DNA of 64,000 nt, from contig JAQGDQ010000048.1 in NCBI GenBank assembly GCA_030141605.1, forward strand, positions 682,001 to 746,000. The letters are read 5' to 3'. Source of the stretch: Tubiluchus corallicola (Eukaryota > Animalia > Priapulida). A program made the position numbers and the translations under genes. This document shows positions 27,001 to 39,000 of this stretch, in pieces (within the stretch, counting starts at the first letter, position 1; each line of letters opens with the position of its first letter). The notes below the pieces were generated by a model. It was not told the origin of the DNA. It was given only the letters and a program-made list of their open reading frames with translations, and did not search any database.

Positions 27001-30000
27001 GCTTATCAGTACTTATCACTACTTCTCTTTTAAATGATAAATTATTTATTTTTTAACTGATTGATTGATAATTTCAGTCGGAAAGGAATTTTTGGACCGC
27101 CACCAGGGAAGCACTTTATCTTTTTTATTGATGATTTAAACATGCCTTCATTGGAAGTTTACGGCGCGCAGCCACCAATTGAATTAATCAGGCAGTGGAT
27201 GGATTTTAAAGGCTGGTATGATCGGAAAGCTATAGGTAACTAAATTGCATTAGTTTTAATAGTTGCTATTGTCTGACTGAATTGTACTAAATAATGCATA
27301 TTCCAAAGTTCCACTAATTTGATAGACTGTGCTGCTGTAGTTATTTATGCATGGCCTGGTTATCATAATGGAGAATACTGATATGTCATAGGATAGATAA
27401 TATCATGGACTAATGTCTATTCACAGTTCAGAAATCATTTAAGATGGTAATTATAGTGGCACTGTTAGCTATGATAAGTAATAAAATTAAGTGGCAGTAT
27501 AAGTTAACCGGAAGAAAGTGGATTAGAGGCAGTATGGCTTAAAAAGTCTAAATTTTTGAAAAGTCAATTTTCCAGAAATGTTGCAAAGATGATTTTTACA
27601 TTTATTTTACACAAATGTTTAGTTACTGTAAGCAACTAAATCCATCTTTAAAATGCCACATCTTATAGAAAATCTCTAAAATTTTTGCCTGATGTATTAT
27701 TAATTGCCATTGTAGCAGATTCTGTGTACATGCTTACTAAGCTTGCACATTAATATCGTGTAGAAAAATGTGCCAAATATTGCCTAGTTCTCAATCTTGC
27801 TAGCTATAATACTTTCATACATTAATTAAAGGTTTCTAAGATTATTTCAATACAATCTTTGGTAAAGTGCCACAATCTTTGGTAAAGTGCCACCCCAAAA
27901 TAATAACATTTTTCCAAACCATTGGCACTAAAGATTTTGATGCGCAATGAACTATAATATTTGTTCAAAGTGGTAATGTATAACCCATTATATGTGGTAG
28001 TTTCTAAGCTAAAGTTTACTATCAAAAACTACACTTTCAAACGGATTTTGCTATCAAGATATGCAACTGTTACTGCAAGTGTGTGTGAACGTCTATGATT
28101 TTTTCTTAACCAACTACCCCCAAAGGAATAGGTTACTGTTAGTTTTAAAGTTGAACTTGTTTCGTCGTACTTGTTTGTGAATCTTACTTTTCTTCTTGAT
28201 AACTGTAATCTGTAGATTAACTCTGTTGGGTATTTTGTGACAGTTTTGTGTGACTTGCCTTCATTGAATATTATTGAAAGAATTATGGATTGTACTTGTC
28301 AGTCTTAATGTCATTTACCTACTTATTAATGATAATTTAATGAACTTCAGGTTACAGGTAAAAATAATTTGCTTGGTCCAGTTAATAAAAAATTTTAAAA
28401 TCAGTTTGGTTGCATTAGAGAAGGTTTGGTCTTTATTAATGTTTCCAATGTGAATTTGAAGAATTTATTGTTGCTTGTCAAACTGTCACGAAGGTCAAAT
28501 TGCTAATTTCAATGTAACAGTAATGCTAAATTGATAGCATTGAACTATGTTGAACTAGTATAAAATGTTACTTTGTTTTTAATGATTTTAAAGAATAAAG
28601 CTATTATAAGTATTAACAAACTTTTAAGTTTATTTTAAAAATGCGAACATTTATTTAATTACTTATTCATTCTGACATCCATGTAGCTGTTTGTTTGTTG
28701 GTTTATTGTCAGCGCATTTATTCATTCACCTTTATATTTGTCCATTTGTCCTCCTGCATGTCTGTTAATTATTTCGTTTTGTGTTTTTTGTTCGTTTTTT
28801 ATTTTATTATTAATAACAAACTATGTTCATATACTTACTTAGTGTCTAAGTTTCAAATAAAACTTGATAATGTCCTACAAATTCTGTGAATGATACTTAC
28901 CACTTTGCATGTAACTATTATCTTTTCTTTATTCTGTGCTTTATATTCTGCAGAGCATTGCTTTTTTTTTAAATGAACTCAATCCTAGATACATGTGAAC
29001 AGCCTTTTCTCTGTGTCAACATTTATGGTACTCTCGGAGTAATCTATTCTATTTGTGTCACTCGTAAAACAGGATAACTAATCTCTCGGGTGCAGTTTAT
29101 TTCATTGCATCTCACGGCATGTGTTTATGATATCGTTCATCTGGGATGGTATAAACTAGGATCAATCAAGTCGGAAAATGTAGTTAACACACAGTATCAT
29201 CAGATGCCAATGCTCAGAATTAGTCTCCCGAGTCATGCGACTGACGTTTATTATTTCTTATTTGAGATGTGCCTGGCATTTTTGCCAGCATGTGACAATT
29301 GAATATCAAACGTGAAGTATTACAGTACGACTAGTAAACGAATTGGGAAAAGTGTAACATTCATTAGTAACATAAATGTTTTTCCCCGTCCTTCTTTTAC
29401 ACACATGCAAATTGTTTGTGGCATGCGCTAAATGGACTTGCCAACAGTCTTGTAGATGCAATTAAGATTTTTTTTGTCCAAAATGGCCAATCACAGTTAT
29501 ATTCCAAAATTGTATAATCACGTCATGACAGACTTGTCTGGCTGACTGACTGACATATTATTTGCAACTCGACTTCGTTTTTATTTGAAGCAAATAAAAA
29601 CAATTTCTGCTATTCCTGTGTCAAAAATTAATTAATTGGTATAATGAAAATGAATAATAATATGAAGAAATCGAACTTACATCTTTACCGCATCTTACTA
29701 ACTTGCTAAAGAGAACCCAACTGACAAAATTTTGTTATTAAACAACAGGTCTTACTGAACAAAACGACTTCTTTCCTATCCTGTCTCGGAAATGAGGCCA
29801 ATGGCCTATTTCCTGTCTTAATGTTGCAGCTAGCAATATTTTTTGTTGTGTTTTGTCAAAAGTAGCCAGGTATAGTGGTATGACAACAACCAGCCAGTAA
29901 GAGCTAGACATTGAAAGCTGCAGTTGGTGATAAAAGGGTTTATAGGAAAAGTAGTTTGAGAATGCCGAAAAATGTTTACTTATAGTTTAACTGTGAGTTC

Positions 30001-33000
30001 AGTTCAGATGATCTTTGTATGTGTAGGTAACACACTCTGTACTGAGCATCATGGGCATACACTGTGTTTTTTTGGTGAAATCTTGAACACATTCTAATTT
30101 TAGTCTGCAGTTTAGGCACTAACCTTATTTTTTGGGCACAAGGAGTAATAATTTACTGCATGCAATAGCTTGCAAGTGGGCGGCTTGTTTGCTAGCTTAT
30201 CAGTAAAAAAAATCATTGTCGATATTCAGATATCAACTCAGCTATTTAGAATTTTGTAAAACAAATAGCTATGTTGTTTATGTTCTTTCGTGGCTGCTAA
30301 ATGTGTTTTTTATAGCTGGTCAGCCTTTAGCATGCAAGGTTTTGTCTTTCCAATCGATTAAAGTGCTGTGGTGTGATGTGCTTTAAGAATATCATTTTTG
30401 AAAACTTCGATTTTATTTTCACATAAAGAAGAATTGTGTTTTGCATAATCCATTCCGGTGATCATAATCGAAGTTTTCTCAAAATTCAGACTAATATATC
30501 CTTAAGTTCATATATGTTATGGGTCTTTACTTGTGAATCTTACCATTGATTAAAGTCTGAAAATAGAACTCGCCAAAAGCTGATTACACATGCTTTATTT
30601 ACGTGGAAACAAAACTGAAGCTGCTTTATATATTGCTTGCCTTTGTGATGTATTAATAGACTTGCATTATAATGTTGGCTTTGTTTTTATCCATTAAGTT
30701 AAAGAGGATGTGTTCTGTAATTAGGATGCTATAATGTATTGCAGCATCTCCATTTTTAGAAATTATCTAAATGACACCAGCAGTCTCACAATACAATATT
30801 AAAAGGCTTCCAGGCTTCCTGTGGGTGAGTGGGTGGGGGGGGTACTGTCTGCTCTGCCAGAGAGCAGAGAACTACCTACTAAAATGTATTCTAGTAAGCA
30901 CTGTGTAACACATGAGCTGACAAAGACAGGGTTGTGCTGCTACCTGCAGGCTTTGTTGTGGACCATCTGCTTATGCATTCGAGAACACTTAGCCATGTGA
31001 AAGTTAAGAGATCAATGCAATATTTCCCATGGGAGCATATTTCTTAATGCTTGTTAACACATACAAAGCCTGAAAACTTGTCTTTCCAAATTAATACTGA
31101 CAGTTCATGTTTCAGACTGGTGCCTGTATAAACACAATGCCTGACTTAAAGTCATTACAAAAGAAATATTGTCAGGTTACTAATCCCAAAAGAATAGTAA
31201 GCAGGCTAAAGTTCATAGATAAAAGAACTGATTCACAAAAAAGAGGCATTAGGCTGGATTATTTGTTTTGTATACCTTATCTAACTGTTAGGTTACACAA
31301 AAGGGCTATTAAATCTCTTCAATCGCATATTGTACTAGCTTATTGTATTCATGGAACTTAACAATAGTGATGGTGGAAGTGAGAGGTGGCAGTAGGCTAC
31401 CAGTCATTAGTGCAGAAAGTATAATATGTACTTGGGATCATTATGTTTATCTTTCATTATGTGGTTAAATTTTGTCCAGCTAAAAAAACAAAAAAATACT
31501 GTCGTATGCATCAATTCTGTATAAAGTTTGCACAGTTCACAATAGATCCTACCTTTTCTTTTGATTTATTTCAGGGGAATTTCGTCACCTAGCTGATGTC
31601 AATTTTATTTGTGCAATGGGTCCACCGGGGGGAGGTAGGAATCCCATCACTGCCAGGCTAACTCGACACTTCAACTTTTTGTCTTTCACTGAAGTGGAAC
31701 TAAACAGTCAGAGACTGATATTTTCTACAATAATCAACTCCTGGTTGGGTAACTATAATTACGTTTGCATAAATGTTCTTGTGAGAAAATTTATACTCAT
31801 TTGTCATCTTCGATTACTGCTGCTGTTAAGGATTTCTGTTACATGCTAAGAATCTATATACAGTAGGCGCCGCTTAATGGACTCACTTTGGGACCAAAGT
31901 GTTTTGACCCAATTAACTGACTGAACCTATTAACTGATGGGTTTAGTATTACTGGTGTGTCACCAGCTTATGCACTGCAAAAGTTTTTAATGAATTTTAG
32001 AAACGAACTAATGCCTAAATTTCTTTGTGCAGTTAAAAATTTGAAAAAATATATTAAAGTATTAATTTATATAAGTGAATTAGCAATAAATTAAAAAGTA
32101 TACTTTTCTAAATCGTGCAAGTCTGCTTATTCGCAAAAATAATGGAAATACATCCAGGGTCGGCTGACACATTTTTTGTGTCAAGTTGGGTCAGAAAGTT
32201 CTGCACCGTATACCACATGTCTCAAGGAGGTCGTCGTTTTCGCCACCTGCCCATTCACCACGATAGCCCACACAGATGCCATGCGACGAGACAGTGGCAG
32301 AGCCACAACGCCTCTTGACATCAGCGAGGATTGGTTCGTACAGGTTCTCATAATGATAAAAACATTTAAAACTGTTGTTGTATGATACACAAATACGTGC
32401 TTGAACTGTTGGTGGCGACCATATTTCCCCGCAAGAGGTTTCATCTGTAAGCTCCCATTTGCTATTGTGACGTACTTCTTGTACTGTACCTGCATCCTTG
32501 GCATAACAGCAACGGCACTGATTGAATTTTCTGGGAAAGACAGCCAGAGCTTCTAAAGCAAACCACTAAGCAAGTTATTAAATGCTTAGCTTCCAGGAAT
32601 TCTTGGGTAATGAGGTCAATTGCAGTAACAGGGCGAGTCAAAGCAAACCATTAGGCTAGCATATTAGCGTAAGATAAACGTTCCTGCTTATGTGCAAAAC
32701 GGTACTTAACATAATTGTTTTTATGTATACTATAGGACAAAAGCGAACTAAGATGATATAAAAGTCATAAAAGCTTATTAGTCACATGAAAGTGTCTCAT
32801 TGAAGCATGTGAAGCAAAAATATTGAGTCAATTATGTACAGTTATTTGAGTCAATTACCGACAGTTTTTATGTACATTTGCATAGAAGCGGCCTGTACCA
32901 GGTGTTTTTGAGTCAATTAAGTGATTGAGTCTATTAACCATGAGTCTATTAAGCGGCACCTACTGTACCTGCATTTTATGCAAGACTTTAAACATTTCAT

Positions 33001-36000
33001 TCACACTCTGGTGATTCTTTTAGATTAAGTGCCCTGATTTTAAAATGTCACTTTGAAAACTCCAGTTTTATAGTCTTAAGTACCTGTGCAGTTATCTAAA
33101 GAAAAATTTCCAAAATTTCTGAAGCTGTATCAAGTTCTTTAAAAACATTTTTGTTAGTCAAACACTACAAGCCTTCTAGCTGTGTAGAGCTGGTTGTTCT
33201 AGCTGTCTTTATCATCGGCTTCTATCTATTGTTTCTATTTTCATTTATGACCGCTGTTTAATGTCAACATCTCATATTTGTTAATATTAACAAATTAACG
33301 ACATAGAGAATAACCTAAGTTCCAACAAAGGGAGTGGACCATCAGATATTCCTATCAAAATTCTAAAAGATAGCGCATCTGTAATAGCCCCGCATATGAC
33401 TTACATTGCTAATCAGATAATTATGAGAGGCGAATTTCCAACGGTATGTAAAATGGCAAACGTGACTCCAATCCATAAAAAAGATCCAAAATGTGATCCC
33501 ATGAATTATCGCCCAATTTCCGTAATCCATTGTTTCGGCAAAGTTTGGGAAAGGGTAATTTATGATCAGATAAATTCATATGTAAATAAACATGAACTTT
33601 TATCAAAACATCAGTTTGGCTTCCGTAAACACCATTCAACCATTGACACCCTAATACACACAACAGAAAATTGGAGACATAGTTTAGACAACAAGCAATA
33701 CATTTTAGCAGCATTTTTGGATTTAAGTAAAGCTTTCGATAGCATTAATCACGAACTACTTTACGATAATTTAAAACAAATCGGATTAGATTCGATATCG
33801 TTAAAACTGATACAAAATTATCTCAAAGATAGACAACAACGAGTAAAGTTAGATACAACCAACTTTTCTGACTGGGCCACGTTAAACAGAGGTATACCGC
33901 AAGGAACACTACTAGGTCCGTTATTATTTTGCCTATATATAAACAACATATCCAGTGTATTAAAACACTCACAAATAACGCAATACGCTGATGACACTAC
34001 AATCTACATAGCCCATGAAAATGTCCAAACTGCAAAAAATTATTTAGAAGAAGATATAAAAAATATAAATATGGCATTTAGTCATTACAAGCTAAAAATG
34101 AATAATGACAAAACAGAATTCATGATACTGTCACCCTCATTAAATACTAATGATGCATCATCAACCACTTTGACAATAGATAATGCTGTAATCAAACAAA
34201 CTAACAATGTTAAATTCCTGGGCATACAAGTAGACAATAATCTTTCATGGGATGATCACTTTAATAACATATACACAAAAATGGCATCTAGCACATCATA
34301 TCTCCGACAAGTTAAAGGGCAACTAACAAAGGAAACTAAAACACTAATATATAAAACTTTAGTTCTACCACACTTCTTATATGGATGTACGCTACTTCAA
34401 AAAACCAAAAGAGAAAATTACTTAAAATTAAATCTCCTTCAAAACTATGCATTGAGATTGATAGCTGGGTACTCATACAAACACAAGGCAGGTAGACAAA
34501 AATTCAAAGCTTCAACAACTAACCTGAGAAAAACTTTAAAATTCCCAATCATTGAAGCACACAAAGAATATTTTACTCTGCTTTTTATATTTAAATACAT
34601 TAACAACATCAGCAAACCATTCCAGAATAACAGATTTACCTTTTTTCCAAATCCTATCGTTAATTCCAGAACAAGCAATCTAAAACAAATTAGGACAAAT
34701 ACCCACTATGGAACGAACTCTGTAATCAAACAAGCAATTTTACTTTGGAATTCTCTACCATTACAGGTTAAACAAATCAAGTCCCTATCAGCATTTAAAA
34801 CAAAATTAAAATCACTAATATTAACCAGATATGAAATACCATCACACCAGTACGACAACATACACACTAATTCCGAATTCATATACCCACGGCCATATTA
34901 ATTAAATCATAGTTTTTTTTATATTTTTTTGTGTATAGTTGTAAATATGTTTGATTTTATTCGTCATTACTGCACAGTAGTTTAGATTGCACTGACGCAT
35001 TTGCCTTCAGCAGTGTAAGTTTTTATTAACTAACACTGATTGATTATCTCTATAAAGTTTTTATCAGTGATTATCAATGTTTTTAATGGCAAATAAAGAT
35101 TATTATATATATATATATATATTTGGGGGGTAGTAATTTAGATTGTTTTGCAGAAACTTCTAAATGAATTTGTAGATGCTTTTCAGATTGTTTTGCAGAA
35201 ACTTCTAAATGAATTTGTAGATGCTTTTCCCCTATTTTGCTATGTATTAAGTTAAGATTTTATAACATCTGGTAACTCAGTAGTATCGTCAACATTTCTT
35301 CACTACTTAACTGAGATCTATCTTATAATACCAGGGCTTCGTGTTAAATAGGTACTACATATTTAAATAAAATTTGTTATGTGTATTGATAATTATGTAT
35401 CAGGGTACTAACAAAAACTAATTTTTATATAATAGTATAACTGTACGATAATTATAGCAAAGTCTAGATGCTTTCAGTGTAGTGCACGTAATGCAGATAT
35501 TTAGTTCAGCAGGATGAAGGTACAAGAATAATTGTACTATGTTTTTTTTCCTACATAGCTGGGGCTCCTAATCTGTTAGAGGAATCTTCGAAATTAGTTG
35601 ACGCTTGTATATCAGTATATAAGACCATAACAACACAACTGCTGCCAACACCGGCAAAGTCTCACTACACATTTAACCTGCGTGACCTGTCAAAAGTTGT
35701 GCAAGGAATGTTGATGGCCGATGCTTCAAAATTTGACGTAAGAAATAAAGATGCTCAGATTTTGCCAGACAAAGATTCATTTTACAAATTGATTTTGCCA
35801 GACAAAGCTTCATTTTACAAATTGGCTGTGGTGCTAAACTTGATCCTTTGCTCATATTACAGTTTGTTCAAATACAGCCCTATAAATACTACGCAGCTAG
35901 TTCAACAAATATTGAACGAAAACTACTTGTCTCATATGAATTCTTACCAAACATCTTATATATACACAATTTATATAGTTTGTTATACTTATGAATCTTA

Positions 36001-39000
36001 ATAGAACGAATGCCCTTTTTTCTGTGCTATGTTTCTTACTGCAACGACTCGGTCTAATTACTTAATCAGTGATAATTCAGCTGTGTTCTTTTATCTATTT
36101 GGATACCTATAGTTGGGATGATTTCCTAACATACTTAGTTGATAAGTGGTATTATAATGAAGGAATCGGGTTGAGTTGCATGGATAGAATAGGGTTTTCT
36201 GGTTATCAGGTACACCACTGTATAAGCAGTTACACAGCTGGCTCAGTAAGATTCTTTTCTGTTTTCTTTCTTTCCTCACATGAAATATTTAGAGTGTGAA
36301 TTTTAGTACTTTCAATCAATTTCATCTTGATGCATATGATCTTTTTCTGATCCTTTTCTTGATATTTTGTCAAGTATTTGATTGTTTTTTTTCATTTTAT
36401 ACATATTACATGTCCTATGTTGAAGACATTTTATGGGTTAGTCTTTTCATTACGGTGAATGTCAAGACTGCCATCTATGAGCTTTTTTGCATAATTTTAT
36501 CACTACTAGTACAAAAACTAGTGTCAGCATGTTAAGATGCAGTCTAATTAGAATTTTGGCTCCTTTATAAAAAGGTAAAATAATTGTCTTTAAAATACTG
36601 ACTGAATATAGTATGTTTATGACGAAAGATTACTTGACTTTGAAATGTTTTAGTGCCTGCACGAACTTCTTCGATTGTGGTACCACGAGAACTCTCGCGT
36701 GTTCCAGGATCGACTAGTCAATGAAGATGACTGCTCTTGGTTTGAAGATTTACTGCGTGCAAAAATTACGTCAGACTTCGACCTGGAATTTGAGGAAGTT
36801 GTAAATATGATACCTGTATTGTATGGTGACTTTATGTCCCCTGCAATGGAAGCTCGTACTTACACTGAGATCACTGATCATGAAAAGGTAAAGTACTTAT
36901 CTGTGTAGGATGATTTTATATAAAAAAATAGAAGGCCTGAAGTTGCTATATAGTCATATTTGGAAAAGCATAATCTAGGCTGACGGAAAAAACCTTGCAA
37001 TGAAATCAATCAATGTAATTAATCATTAGTTGGCATCCTTCTGTCTCGGAAGACAATGGAGTGTGCACCAAGAGAGTCAGTTATTGATCACATTGATGGA
37101 GCTGCAGCGTCGACTGTGGCTGAGCAGTGCGATCCTTGAACGTCCCCAGGGCGCATGCCTGGGCAAGGTGTATGGAGATCCTGAGTTGCCCAGACAACAG
37201 GAACCGCCTCTCTTCCTCGCTGGTGTAGTCCAAAGGAAAGCGGAGCGATACGTTTGGCACCAGATTGGCTATAGGAGCTGCCGGCGTCTGTGAGCATGCA
37301 GCACTGGTCTGCCTTCGGGGCTCCTCTCCTGATTTGGAAGGTTTACTCCTCTACTCCTTACTCCTCAATCTCGTCCGCCCTCTAGCCATTGGCTGCTTGT
37401 GCAGCTCCTCCGCCTAGTGTCGAGATAAAGTGTGGGCATCCTGTAAGCCTACAGCACCTGGTATTCCTAGGCGGTCACCCATCCAAGTACTAACCAGGCT
37501 TTACGTTGCTGAACTTCGGTGATCAGACGAGAACCGGTGTTTTCAACGTGATTTGGCCGTTAATTAATTATACATGTTAAAATTATAAAGAAATTCAACA
37601 TGCTAGAAAATAACCTAATAGATTTATAAAAAATTGAGTAATGTGCTTCCTAGGGTACCTACAACCATAGTTTTCTTTCTCTTCATTCAAAGTCAGTTTT
37701 TATGGCCTCTTGCTTTTTTGTTGAAGCATTTTATGTTTTTTCGCTTTATTCTTAATGTCGACAGTTCGCACATCCCATAAAACTTCATCAAATGGCTTAA
37801 CATCTAGTTCTTTAATTTATAGCTTATTTTTAATTGTTTGCAGATCAATTTCTTGTACGTGACTTCGAAAGAATAACCCTAGATGCTGAATCCATTCTAA
37901 TATGTTAGCATTTTAGAATTCAGTCTTAATTTAAGAGTGTTCTTGAAATGTATATATGTCAAACAGTCAAGGTAAATTTTGCTTTTAATTGAAAGATGTA
38001 TTACAATCCACGTTTTTGCTTGCAGATGGTGCAAACTATAGAAGAATATTTGGATGATTACAATCAAATCAACACAGCGCAGATGAAACTAGTTTTATTT
38101 GAGGATGCAGTCAAGCATATTTGCCGCATTAGCAGGATTATTCGACAGCCTCTTGGCAATGCTCTCTTGCTGGGAGTTGGTGGAAGTGGGCGCCAGAGTT
38201 TGACCAGACTAGCCGCACATATGTAAGTGACCATTGCTTTGTCTAGTAAAATGTAATTCACAGTTTGAATCTGCGACAAATTAGCTTGACTGATTAAAAT
38301 GTTTTTTCAAATTACTGAAAAATACATAAATAAAGACATTAAGTATGTAAACTTTTTTAATAAAGACTTGTAATTCGTGTTTAGAAACAGCATTCAATCA
38401 GTATGTCTAAACAGTGAAATGCAATAGCATAGATACTCTAAAGTCAGCAATGCAAGTAGGTTTCTTGCTCATTTTGTCTCACTCATGTAGACTGTCTCTG
38501 TTATGATGTTAGTTCATGTACTTATAGAAAGGCAGAAAAATACAGCTTGCTGCTTTTTCTTTACACCTGGTTGATAGTTGAAACTAAACCCCCAACATAA
38601 GATAAGTTTTTACAACTTAAAATCCAATACGGATTCTAAATATTCAATTTATTTTGTTATAAACTTACTGTAAAACTTGTTTTTTTATTTTTTATAACTT
38701 CGTTGTAAGATCCGCCATTTTTCGTTGCGTGAGACAAATGACATTATGAGGTCACTGAAGATCGGTAAACAAACACTGGTAACCAAAGACGCTTTCTGTA
38801 CCTCGTACGTCATTCTCACTCACCCGTGCCGAAGATGCAAAACATGGTGACCTTTACAGCAATGTACGTGTTCGAAATTCACCAGAAAAGCTAACTTATT
38901 TAATTTATAAGTCTCTTTTGTTTAATAATAACTATGAATTCTTTGTGTAATCATAGTAATGTATTAAAATACTTCACTGTCAGTTTAAATCCTGGTCTGA

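Noticed and set aside
33396-34901. RT as part of a retron, DGR or group II intron system
   Set aside because: The motifs, 3' UTR and tail are those of a eukaryotic CR1/L2-group LINE; there is no accessory gene or template repeat.
37030-37297. ORFs of 87 and 69 aa in the SINE body
   Set aside because: No recognisable motifs; expected by chance in GC-rich non-coding sequence.
37445-37560. Functional 5S rRNA gene
   Set aside because: It lacks the first ~4 nt that close helix I, has substitutions, has no oligo-T terminator, and is a solitary copy bounded by a direct repeat.
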